From Chiloscyllium plagiosum (lineage: Eukaryota): a stretch of 20,000 nucleotides of DNA. A program made the translations under genes and the position numbers. The stretch is from positions 8,530,227-8,550,226 of the forward strand of contig NC_057720.1 of the NCBI RefSeq assembly GCF_004010195.1, read 5' to 3'. Within the stretch, counting starts at the first letter, position 1. Each line of letters begins with the position of its first letter. The notes under the pieces were generated by a model, which did not search any database, was not told where the DNA came from, and saw only the letters and a list, made by a program, of their open reading frames with translations. Shown here piece by piece: positions 1 to 9,282 of this stretch.

Positions 1-464
1 GGTATGGAAGGTGGGAGCTATGAAGAGAGGTTGAGTAGGTTAGGTTTATTTTCACTGGAAAAAAAGAGATTGAGGGGGGACCTGATTGAGGTTTACAAAA
101 TCATGAAGGGTATAGACAGGGTTGATAGAGACAAGCTTTTTCCCAGTGTGAAGGATTCAATAACGAGAGATCATGCTTTCAAGGTGAGAAGTGGAAGGTT
201 TAAGGGGGATACACACAGCATGTACGTCACACAGAGGGTGGTGGGTGTTTGGAACACATTGCCAGCAGAGGTAGTAGAGGCAGGCACGGTAGATTCATTT
301 AAGATGCGTTTGGACAGATGTATGAGTAGGTGGGGAGCAGAGGGATACAAATGCTTAGGAGTTGACCAACAGGTTTAGAGAGTACATTTGGATTGGCTCA
401 GGCTTGGAGGGCCGAAGGGCCTGTTCCCAGGCTGTAAATTTTATTTTTTCTTTGTTCTTTGTTT
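1..464 (+). mobile_element. CR1 LINE 3' end (ORF2 C-terminus, 3'UTR and tail); 5' part lies outside the window
   Basis: ORF 4..378 SYEERLSRLGLFSLEKKRLRGDLIEVYKIMKG...QRVVGVWNTLP is the CR1 ORF2 C-terminus. It is followed by the 3' motif GGGCCGAAGGGCCTGTT and a (TTCTTTG)-like tail. Confidence 0.93.
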
Positions 465-466
465 AA

Positions 467-538
467 TAACTCTGTTTCTCTGTCCACAGATGCTGCTGGA
501 CTGGCTGAGATTGTCCAGCATCCTCTATTTTGATTTTT
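467..538 (+). mobile_element. Penelope-like element terminal (pLTR) remnant
   Basis: TAACTCTGTTTCTCTGTCCACAGATGCTGCTGGACTGGCTGAG...CCAGCAT is the reverse complement of the insert family at 12501-12601. It begins about where the HHR cleavage site would be. Confidence 0.7.
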
Positions 539-711
539 GATTAGGTACACTAATCTGACTAGGTCTGACTTGTCTTGTGTACTTCAAAGTTATGTTCAGT
601 CTGACCAAGATGTTCATTTCTAAATATTGGAAGTGTTTTTTTTACTGTTTTTTTGCCTTCTAGGTAGCCTCTCCATCCAACATTTTGTCCATTGGCATTG
701 TTGCTCAAGCC

Positions 712-950
712 TATGTAACAAAGGAGCAGAATTAGGCCAATCTGCCCATCAAGTCCACTCCACCATTCAATGAGATCATGGCTGACCTGATAATTCTCAA
801 CTCCACTTTCCTGCCTTTCCCTCTTACTCCTTGAATACCCTTCCTGATTAAAAATCTGTCAATCTCAACCTTGAATATACTTAATGATTTAGCCTCTACA
901 GCCATCTCTGGTAAAGAATTCCATAGACTCATAGCCCTCTGAGAGAAGAC
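712..950 (-). mobile_element. CR1 LINE 3' fragment
   Basis: ORF 732..932(-) SLWNSLPEMAVEAKSLSIFKVEIDRFL; reverse-complement CR1 3'UTR at the left end. Confidence 0.88.
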
Positions 951-1054
951 ATTTGGTTACATGGGCAGCCTCAACTTGCAAACAGTTCAATCATTTCCTT
1001 GCCTTGGATAACCGTTTTCCATGGATAACCATTTTGCCAATGCACATTCATTGG

Positions 1055-1560
1055 TACATAAGAGTTGACCATTTAACCCTTAAGACTGTTTCATCTCTCA
1101 GTGAGATCATGGTGATCTGTGAGCCAACTGCATCTACCTGCCTCTATCCCCTGTAGTTTTGGTTAACAAGAATCTATCAAACTCAGATTTGAAATGGACG
1201 AACATCCAGTTCCACTCTGGGAGTTGAGTCCCAAAATATTACCAATACTTTCTTCACAGAGATTTTTCTTAACTTAGCTCCTGAATGAAGTGGTTCGTAT
1301 TTCTTGACTGCATGTGTTACTTTCATCTTCCCTCCCCAACCACTGAAATAACTTCACATTCTCTCCATCCCATCAGATCCTCTTAACATTTTGAAAGTTG
1401 GATCTAATCACCTCTTAAACTTTCAAGATCCATCTGAGTTTATGCAATTTCTGCTCGAAAATTACTCTTAGAATCTAGATATTGTTTTAAATATAAGGGC
1501 CAGCATTCCACCAGCCTGTGTGATTATTTCCTGCACCTATCCAAAACAATTTAACAAACA
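1055..1560 (-). mobile_element. Old, highly degenerate CR1 3' fragment
   Basis: CATAAGAGTTGACCATTTAACCC...GAGATCATGG...AAGAATCTATCAA resembles the minus-strand CR1 tails at 712 and 9731; right boundary uncertain. Confidence 0.55.
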
Positions 1561-1989
1561 ATGGACACAGATTCCTATTGCCCTTTGGATGAATGCTGTA
1601 TGAAACTTTTCCCCATTTATAAATACGACAGATCAGCTTACCTTCGTCACATTGAACATTAATAAAACTGATCAGCCTCTGTATGGAGTTCCAACAACAA
1701 CTTCCATCCACTTAATGTCTTTAACAAGGCACCCAACAGATGCATCATCATCAGGAAGTACATATTGGGCCAAAGGAGGAGTGACTGATGGTTCGGTCAA
1801 CAGGGAGGGATTTTAGTTGGAGGGAAGCTTGTAAGTGGTGACTTAGACACAAAAGCAGAAGGTTTTGGCTGAAGAACTTCAGTGTGTTGAGTCTAAGTGA
1901 TGGAACTCTGATGATACAACGAAGGAATAAGGACGGTATGAAAGTCAAGTTTCAGCGGGAAGAACAGCTCAATTAAAGAGTTAGCAAAC

Positions 1990-2581
1990 CATGTTACAGC
2001 TGTATAAAACCCCTGTCAGGCTGTATTTGGAGTATTGTGTACAGTTTTGATCGCCACACTGCCAGAAGGAGGTGGAAGCTTTGGAGAGAGTGCAGAGAAG
2101 GTTCACAAGGATGTTGCCTGGTCTCGAGGGTGTTGGCTATGAGGAAAGGTTAAAAAGACTAGAATCGTTTTCACTGGAAAGACAGCGATTGAGAGGAGAC
2201 CTGACAGAGGGCTACACAATTATGAAAGGCATTGATAGAGTGGATAGTCAGAGGCTTTTTTCCCAGGGTTGAAGTTTCAATTACAAGGGGGCACATGTTT
2301 GAAGTGAGAGGGGGAATGTTTAAGGGAGAGGTGTGAGGAAAGGTTTTCAGGCAGAAAGTAGTAGCACTCTGGTCTGCACTGCCAGAAGAGATGGTGGAAG
2401 CAAGCACATTGATGACATTTAAAAGACATCGGGATGGTTCTGTGAATAATGAGGGCGTAGAGGAAGGAGGAGTAATTAAGGATAGAAAGTTCGTGTTTTA
2501 GTTTAATTTGGGGCATGATGATCTGCTTGGAGGTCCGGAGGGCCTGTTCCTGTGCTGTACTTCTCTTTTGAACTTTGTTCT
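1990..2581 (+). mobile_element. CR1 LINE 3' fragment with tail
   Basis: MLQLYKT..RLYLEYCVQF, ORF 2072..2272 EALERVQRRFTRMLPGLEGVGYEERL...LRGDL; ends GGCCTGTTCCTGTGCTGTAC plus TTCT tail. Confidence 0.92.
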
Positions 2582-2769
2582 GAAGTTGGAAAAAAGATGA
2601 GAGGGGTGATGGGATTTCAGAAGAAATTTAAACTAGAGGCATTTTAGAGATTGGAACCCAATGTAAGTCAGGTATAACAAATAAAAATGTGTGACTTGCA
2701 TCAGGATTGTCCCACTTTTGGTCAGAAGTTTCCAGGAGGGAAACACTGAGATAAAGAACCCCCACTGGG

Positions 2770-3080
2770 TGGTCCAGCAATCAGACTGTTTCAAAATAAG
2801 GGGCAGCCCATTGAAAAAGATGAGATGAGGTGACAGTTTTCTCTCATGGGCCTGTGGATCTTTGGAAGTGTTTGCCTCACAAAGCATGGGAGCAGAGTCT
2901 TTGAATACTTACAATGCAGATTTTCTTGTTAAGGAAGAGTGTGAAAGATTATCGGTGTAAGGCAGGAATTTGGGCACGTGCTTGTAATCAGACCCAGCCA
3001 TGATTTTATTGACGAGGAGAGAGAGCATGCTTAAGGGCTGAATGGCCTTTTCCTGCTCCATGTTTAGTATGTTTGTATGA
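2770..3080 (+). mobile_element. Degenerate CR1 3' fragment
   Basis: Ends CAGCCATGATTTTATTGA...AAGGGCTGAATGGCCTTTTCCTGCTCC plus (TATGTTTG) tail, a typical CR1 3'UTR. Confidence 0.75.
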
Positions 3081-3639
3081 CCTTTAGACTTGTGTATTAT
3101 CTGCACAACAACCTGCTGATAGTGAACATCAATAACAAGTTATAAAACTAAGTGTACTAAACTGATTAACTTAGTGTCCTGCCCCCTGACAGGAAGTGAG
3201 CAATTAATTGTTATCAATAAGACCCTTCAAGGAAGAGAATTTGTGCTGAAACGTTAGCAGTGATCAGTTCGCCTCTCAATCTCCTGACTTCTAATGACTA
3301 GTTTACACAAGTCATTTGTTATGTCCAGTCCCTCCATAAATCAATTTGATTGCTCTTTCCTGTGTTAACTACCATGTATTTTTTGTACTCAGAGTTCAAA
3401 ATGTGATTGGAGCAATAATTTCAAACGTAGCAGGATTACGTCAGTGTCTCTGTTCAGTATTGATCCTTGAACAGGTGTGCTTTGCTTTGCCCTCTGCTGC
3501 TGAGTGCATCACTTCTTTCTTAATCTGGACCAGTTGATGTCTTTCATTGTCCTGACAGAAATTTAAGACAGTTGATAGAAGAATCAGAGGCAACGTGAGG
3601 AAGTATTGGACTGGTGGGTTGGCAAGAAGGGGCAAGACC

Positions 3640-3765
3640 ATAAGACAATTATATTTAGGTCACAGAAGTAGGCCATTCAGCCCATCTAGTCAGCTCTGCC
3701 ATTCAATGAAATTGTGGCTGATCTGATAATCCTTGACTCCACTTTCCTACCTTCTCCCTGTTAGA
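3640..3765 (-). mobile_element. CR1 3'UTR fragment
   Basis: GAAGTAGGCCATTCAGCCCATC...CCATTCAATGAAATTGTGGCTGATCTGATAATCC; same family as 712-950. Confidence 0.8.
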
Positions 3766-4264
3766 CTTTCGTCCATCCATAAAATGCTATGGGAGACACG
3801 TCTGTCACTTTCCCATCTCCCATGTTCCTTGCTGCAATTTTACCAGCGGTGGGACAGCTACCAGGAGTCTGATTAATCATCTCCGCACAGCAATCTTCTT
3901 ATCCTTTTCTCCTTGCAATTTTTAAGAAAGAAATGAACATCGAATACTCATCATAAATTCTCCATGAAGTACATACAAGATGAGGAAGTTGTCTGGTATC
4001 AACAGAGCCAGTGATGTTGTGGTTGTGGTACTGACTGATACCCCAGTGGTCATGAGTTTACATTTCAGTCATCAGTGATACACCCTCTAATTTGTTGAGA
4101 GTAGATGGGTGGTCTATTTAACTTTGAGTTCTCTAATGGAAATTTAAAACTTCTCAACTTGTCATCGTTAGTATTTAACAAACACCAGAGAAGGTCCAGG
4201 TCAAGTGTCCAGGCAAATAGTTTCCACCATCTGGGCTGGTGCTCAGTAAGGTGTTGTGGGTTTA

Positions 4265-4365
4265 AGACCACAAGAAATAGGAACTGGAGTAGACCATTTG
4301 GCCCTGCGGGCCTGTTCTGCCACTCAATAAGCTCATGGCTGATATGATATTACCTTAACCCTACA
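4265..4365 (-). mobile_element. CR1 3'UTR fragment
   Basis: AGACCACAAGAAATAGGAACTGGAGTAGACCATTTGGCCC...CATGGCTGAT, reverse complement of a CR1 tail. Confidence 0.7.
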
Positions 4366-4652
4366 TGCAGGGAAATACACAAGAGGTCCTTCGCAACAAT
4401 ACTTACTGTTGATGACAGCAGCCTGAAACAACTCAGCAAATCCCCCGGCTCATCAACAAACCCAGAGACAATCCATTGAATCTATCAACTAAGAACCTGA
4501 CAGTGGTTAAGGATCTCCTGTCTGGTGGTGGTGTGGGGCTTATCTGAAGCTGCTCATCACATATTTCATTGTTTGTGTTTCAGAAAAGGCTTCATGTCAA
4601 TTATTGAACTCAAAAGGGGATATACTTGCACTTATACCACCTTTATCCAAAT

Positions 4653-4946
4653 ATCATAGAATCCCTGCAGCGTGGAAGCAGACCATTCAGCCCATTAAGT
4701 CCACATTGACTCTCCAAAGAGCATCCCACTGGCTCTCCCCTATCCTGACCCTGGTTCATCTGGACATCAGGTGCACTTTAGCACGACCAATTCACACCTA
4801 GGCTGCACAGCTTTGGGTGGGAGGAAACCGGAGGAAATCCACACAGATATGGGGAAAATGTGCAAACTCCACAGACAGTCGCCCAAGAGTGGAAATGAGC
4901 CCAGGTCGCTGGCACTGTGAGGCAGAATTGCTAACCACTGTGCCGC
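4653..4946 (-). mobile_element. HE1/V-SINE-like tRNA-derived SINE with CR1-derived tail
   Basis: Minus strand begins GCGGCACAGTGGTTAGCAATTCTGCCTCACAGTGCCAGCGACCTGGGCTCATTTCC (A/B-box head). It has a V-domain-like TGTGGAGTTTGCACATTTTCCCC and a CR1-type tail. Confidence 0.85.
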
Positions 4947-5029
4947 AGACCTCCTCAAAGTGGCATCCATCAGTGTCAGATATACTGGAGATGTTCCTGT
5001 GTGGTTTGGTGCCATTTTGAAAATGAGGC

Positions 5030-5608
5030 AGCACCAAAGAACAGCAAAGGCAGTGGACCCATGGAACCACCTGCAAGTTCCCCTCTAAGCCTATAGTGTG
5101 GAAACAGGCCCTTTGGCCCAACAAGTCCACATCGACAATCCGAAGAGTAACACATCCAGACCCATTCCCTACATTTAACCCTGACTAATGCACCTAATCT
5201 ATACATTCCCCAAAACTATGGGCAGTTTAGCATGGCCAGTTCACTTAGCCTGCACGTCATTGGATTGTGGTAGGAAACCCACGCAGACACGGGGAGACTG
5301 TGCCAACTCCATGCAGTCACCTGAGGTTGGAATCGAAAATGGCTCCCTGGCGCTGTGAGGCAGCAGTGCTAACCACTGAGCCACCGTACCACCCACTTAG
5401 CATCCCAACTTGGGACTATATCCCAAATCCTTCACTGCCCCTGAATATTCCCTCCCTAATGATATTGTGTGGATCAACCTATAGCACATGGACTGCAGCA
5501 GTTCAAGAGGGCAACTCACCATCAGCTTCTCAAGGGGCAATTAGGAACGGATAATAATACTGGGCAGCCAGCGACATCCACATTCCTGTGACTGAATTTT
5601 TAAAAAAA
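5030..5608 (+). mobile_element. LINE 3' end (family sharing its tail with the SINEs at 8093 and 9120), split by a SINE at 5092-5394
   Basis: CCACCTGCAAGTTCCCCTCTAAGCC | ACTTAGCATCCCAACTTGG...GGACTGCAGCAGTTCAAG...GGCAATTAGG...CCAGCGACATCCACATTCC plus A-rich tail. The tail is the reverse complement of 8093-8150. Confidence 0.7.
5092..5394 (-). mobile_element. HE1/V-SINE-like SINE, near full length
   Basis: Minus strand GGGTGGTACGGTGGCTCAGTGGTTAGCACTGCTGCCTCACAGCGCCAGGGAGCCATTTTCGATTCC head; homologous to 4653-4946 and 16932-17290. Confidence 0.9.
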
Positions 5609-6139
5609 GTATGGATACCAACAAACTGGATTTTAAAGATCGACGGTCTTACCCCAATCAAGGTCCTTGTCATATGCTCATAACAAACAAATAAATTAAC
5701 CCGACTGCCCCTTCAGGAATCCCTGATAGCTACTTTGATGACTTATTTTCTATTTAAACTCTCCCTGATCTTGGCTAAAAAAGTTTTGTCAGCCTTACAG
5801 TCATGAGCCCGTTGTTTCCCTCAGTCTCAGTCCTTAAGAAGTTAAAGAGACATTTGCCTTTCAGCAGTCCCTGTAGGCACCTCTCCACTATTCAGACAGT
5901 TCGGGAGGATTGGTGTCAGATTTGCTACAATTCCCTTCCTCGGTGTGGCAAGGGTTCTCAGACACATCTAATCCAGCTCCAAGATTTATTTATGTCAAGT
6001 CTGCTCAGCTGTTCAGCAAACAGTATTCCACGAGGAGGCAGAGAATTGGGCCAGCATTTAAGTACTTGGCAGTGTACAACCAATGCTGGACACTCTTGAC
6101 CTGTTTTGAGGCAATAAATTGTATTCAAAATTTTTATGA

Positions 6140-6168
6140 CCCCCCTCCCCCCCCCCCCCCCCCCCCCC
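6140..6168. repeat. Poly-C tract (poly-G on the minus strand)
   Basis: About 28 C with a single T interruption, directly visible. Confidence 0.95.
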
Positions 6169-6449
6169 GGATTGTGTTAGCACAGTCATCACCAGCAAAA
6201 AATAATAGGATTAAAAGATGAGCCAGCAAAATGAGGAGTGAGCAAAGATATGCAGAATCGTTTGCATCATAATGAATCTCAAGTAACGCAGTCACCATTG
6301 CTCCTAGCAACTATGTACTATTTGGGGGTTCGGATGTGATGTGATGAAGAGCGCTTATTAAGAAAAAAAAATGCTGCATTTGTAACATATATATTTATAA
6401 GTCATCAGAAGTTTCCTTCCTGCTTAAAGCTTGATAGTGTTTTATAATG

Positions 6450-6544
6450 CTAAAAATCGCACAACGCAACAGATTTATTTGGAAGTACTAGCTTTCCGAG
6501 CGCTGCTCCTTTGTCAGGTAGCTAGTGGGACAGGATCATAAGAT
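6450..6544 (-). mobile_element. Short PLE terminal insert with degenerate HHR and 12-bp TSD
   Basis: TGTTTTATAATG at 6438-6449 and 6545-6556. Minus strand CTGACAA-A-GGAGC-AGC-GCTCG-GAAA-GCTA (6489-6517). Confidence 0.8.
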
Positions 6545-6789
6545 TGTTTTATAATGGCAGGAAGCCATGAATGGAGTAATGCATTTTGCCCCACCTCCAA
6601 TCTCCCTGTCCTCTCCAAACCCATGGCCATATCCCAAACCCATGCAGGTTTTTATACGACCCCCTCTGTCTGGTGGGTGGCCTGGCCTGTCACAAGGTGA
6701 AACTGACCGGAACAAAGTGATAAATATTGCTGCCAGACCTACTGAGACTCTCCAGGATTATATCAAGCTTGCATGCCCATTCTTTGGCA

Positions 6790-7170
6790 GCGTTTACCCC
6801 TCTAACTCAACCCCTCTGCTGTATCTAAATTATCACTTGGCTTGATATCCAGTACTGGATGAGCCAAGATCTCGTCTAATTAAATGTTGAGAAGACAGAA
6901 GCCAGTGTCTTTGATCTATGCCACCAACCTTACTCACCAGCACCATCCTCTCCCTCTCTCTTCAAACTGAGCCTGAATCATACTGTTTATAACCTTTGAG
7001 CCATGTTTGAGACCAAACTGAGTGTTGACCACATCCCCATGTCCATGCCTTTGAGTGACTCTGCCCCTGGCTTGGCACTGCTGCTACAGAACCCTCACTG
7101 ATGCCTGCTACCTCAAGACTTGACTTTTCCAATGTACTCCTGGCTGGTCACCCATTTTCTGTCCTCTGTC
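6790..7170 (+). mobile_element. L2 LINE ORF2 C-terminal fragment, degenerate
   Basis: Translates DIQYWMSQDLV*LNVEKTEA and SRLDFSNVLLAGHP, matching the L2 motifs I..WM..N.L.LN..KTE and SRLDY.N.LL.GLP. Confidence 0.8.
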
Positions 7171-7171
7171 A

Positions 7172-7311
7172 TACCTCAGTTCTGGCTATTGTGCACAGTT
7201 CTGTATACCACACTTTAGGAAAGACGTGGATAAATTAGAAAAAGTGCAGAAGTGATTTACAAAGTTGGCTCCAAGAATGAGAAACTTCAGCTATGAGGAT
7301 AAACTGAAGAA
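7172..7311 (+). mobile_element. CR1 ORF2 fragment
   Basis: YCAQFCIPHFRKDVDKLEKVQK*FTKLAPRMRNFSYEDKL. Confidence 0.85.
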
Positions 7312-7699
7312 TCTGGATTAGTGGTGCTGGAAGAGCACAGCAGTTCAGGCAGCATCCAAGGAGCTTCGAAATCGACGTTTCGGGCAAAAGCCCTTCATCA
7401 GGAATGGCTGTGGTAGTGAGTTTGTGTCACGACATGGTTGAAGAGCTTCAGGGCAGAGGAAATGACCTGGGAGTTGCAGTGGGAGAGGGACTCCCTGAGA
7501 TTCTTGTAGATAGAGGAGGAAAACTTCTTCAAGGCAGGCATTCTTGCAAGAGGATTCGCAGTAGGGTTAAAATCAACAAGGTAAAAACAATGACTGCAGA
7601 TGCTGGAAACCAGATTCTGGATTAGTGGTGCTGGAAGCGCACAGCAGTTTAGGCAGCATCCAAGGAGCTTCGAAATCGACGTTTCGGGCAAAAGCCCTT
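7312..7699 (-). mobile_element. Young, internally deleted Penelope-like element with 84-bp direct terminal repeats (304-nt period)
   Basis: 7312-7395 vs 7616-7699 match at 82/84. The spacer encodes (-) ...LSHCNSQVISSALKLFNHVVTQTHYHSH, which I recall as resembling shark PLE ORF N-termini. The repeats contain an HHR motif. Confidence 0.8.
7370..7405 (-). ncRNA. Minimal type I hammerhead ribozyme, PLE-associated
   Basis: Minus strand AUUC-CUGAUGA-A-GGGC-UUUU-GCCC-GAAA-C-GUC-GAUU. Intact core, 4-bp stem II, palindromic ACGU stem III, GUC triplet with predicted cleavage between 7374 and 7373. Stem I is weak. Confidence 0.75.
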
Positions 7700-7721
7700 A
7701 AGGGCTTAAGCCCTTAAGCCC
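7692..7721. repeat. Palindromic micro-repeat patch
   Basis: AAGCCCTT-AAGGGCTT-AAGCCCTT-AAGCCC: two overlapping perfect 16-bp palindromes. Confidence 0.95.
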
Positions 7722-7829
7722 ATCACAGTGAAACACTGAACTAGCAAGCTTACAGCCTTGACCACTCTCAGTTTAATTGTTTCAGTGATCACTGTCTGAT
7801 TCTCTGGAAATAAGCAACTCGGGTTTGTG

Positions 7830-8050
7830 AAGGGAGGTTTAGTGTTTCAAGACAAAATTGCGTGAGGCATGCAATGCACTGGAGGATGGGAATGGAGTCA
7901 GCCACATTAGGGAGATTTAAACAATCCTTAGATAAGCATATGGATGAGTTTGGGATAATGTAGGGGGATGAGCTGAAAATAGTTCACAGGTCGGCGCAAC
8001 ATCAAGGGCTGAAGGGCCTGTTCTGTGCTGTATATTTCTGTGTTCTATGA
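7830..8050 (+). mobile_element. CR1 3' end
   Basis: Ends CAGGTCGGCGCAACATCAAGGGCTGAAGGGCCTGTTCTGTGCTGTA plus TTCTATG tail. Confidence 0.8.
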
Positions 8051-8092
8051 GTCCAAACTGTTCTGGCCTGTGACAGAGACCAAGAGCAGTTA

Positions 8093-8370
8093 TTTCTTAT
8101 TCATTCACAGGATGAGGACATCACTAGCAAGGTCAGCATTTATTGCCCATGTAGGCCAGAAGAAATAAGGATGGCAGTTCCTGCCCTGAAGGGCATTAGT
8201 GAACCAGATGGGTTTTCCCAACAATCAATTCATGGTCATCACTAGACTCTCATTTACAGTTGTTTTTCAAAGAGGTTCCTCTGCTGCAGTCGGATTTGAA
8301 CCTAGGTGTCCAGAACAGTAGCTGGCTCTCTCGGTTAACAGTCCGCCAACAATACCACTAAGTCATTGCA
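8093..8370 (-). mobile_element. tRNA-derived SINE (second family), internally deleted
   Basis: Minus-strand B-box GGTTCAAATCC near 8292-8302; core GGCATTAGTGAACCAGATGGGTTTT; tail shared with 5530-5608. Confidence 0.75.
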
Positions 8371-9119
8371 TTCACCGTGAGGCAGTGCAGTGATTTGGTT
8401 GTGAGGATGAAGATTTGGATGAGGCGAGTTAGTGGTGGGGAATAGATGGACAAGGATTGTTGAAGAATGGGATGGTGAGGAAGACTTTATTCAGAAAGAA
8501 AAATTGACCAGAGAAAAATGTCACTTAACTTTTTAGTTATGAATAACTTTAGGATTTCTTTGCACTTCCTGACAACAAAGCTCACAGAATCCCAAGGAAT
8601 GCACAGAACAATTGTATCTAAGCTTTTCCACTTGCATGCACAAGCAATGCACCAAATTGCTCTCTTTAATGTTCCCACACATTGCCACAATTTCATAGCC
8701 TGAGTCCAAAACAAACGAAAGAAGCTGTTTTGTTAAATATTAATCAAACACAGCTGAAAGGAGTTAAAACCCACTCCAAACCTTTTCTCTCCCCACCCTC
8801 AGCGAGAAGATAAAGGTTTTGAAAGTCATGCATAAAATGAGTTCACACACGGTCAAAACACCGAAAACTGTTTTGTTTCTCACAGATGGGATAATGGAGG
8901 TGAAGGCCAAATCTTTCCACCATGCGTAACAATGCAGCTGTATACAAAAAGCCTTCCCTCCTCAAAACACTGCAGGAGAGATATTTCAGGGAAGGTCCAG
9001 CAGAGAGAGATGCCACGCTAATGAACAATACAGGCAGAGGATCAAATCCACTTTGTTGTAGAGAAATGAGTGACATACACTCCTTGCAAGGGCATACCAT
9101 TACTTTCTGTCTTTTGTTC

Positions 9120-9281
9120 TTTCATTGGGTGTGTGTTTCACCAGCAGCAATTGTTGCCCATCTCTAACTGAATAGAGTGGTTTGCCTGGTCACTTAGAAA
9201 GCAGATAAGAGTCAACCACATTGCTGTGAAACGTGAGACATATTGGGTCAGCCCTTATAAGGACATTGAGCCTCCGTTCCT
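9120..9281 (-). mobile_element. SINE 3' half (family of 8093); continues at 10425-10620
   Basis: GTTGCCCATCTCTAACTGA...AAGAGTCAACCACATTGCTGTG...TAAGGACA; overlaps the 8093 copy at both ends. Confidence 0.7.
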
Positions 9282-9282
9282 T

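Noticed and set aside
553..606. Three TCTGAC hexamers
   Set aside because: Irregular spacing and too short to exceed chance.
1710..1960. Possible antisense L2 3' remnant
   Set aside because: Only a vague resemblance; too degenerate to support without alignment.
4010..4250. Possible decayed SINE heads
   Set aside because: Weak similarity to 10520-10620; not supportable by eye.
5320..5394. tRNA gene (also 4890-4946 and 17225-17290)
   Set aside because: The A/B boxes run into SINE body and CR1-type tail sequence, and I could not fold a full cloverleaf.
5648..5710. Minus-strand GTAAGA donor with a short open frame
   Set aside because: An in-frame stop lies shortly upstream and there is no credible acceptor.
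5803..6221. Overlapping 98- and 103-aa ORFs with polyproline
   Set aside because: The polyproline is just the poly-C tract; no recognisable domain.
7312..7699. Direct repeats as a CRISPR array or LTR retrotransposon/TRIM
   Set aside because: Only two 84-bp copies in eukaryotic DNA, with no TG..CA ends or primer-binding site. The HHR and PLE-like spacer explain it better.
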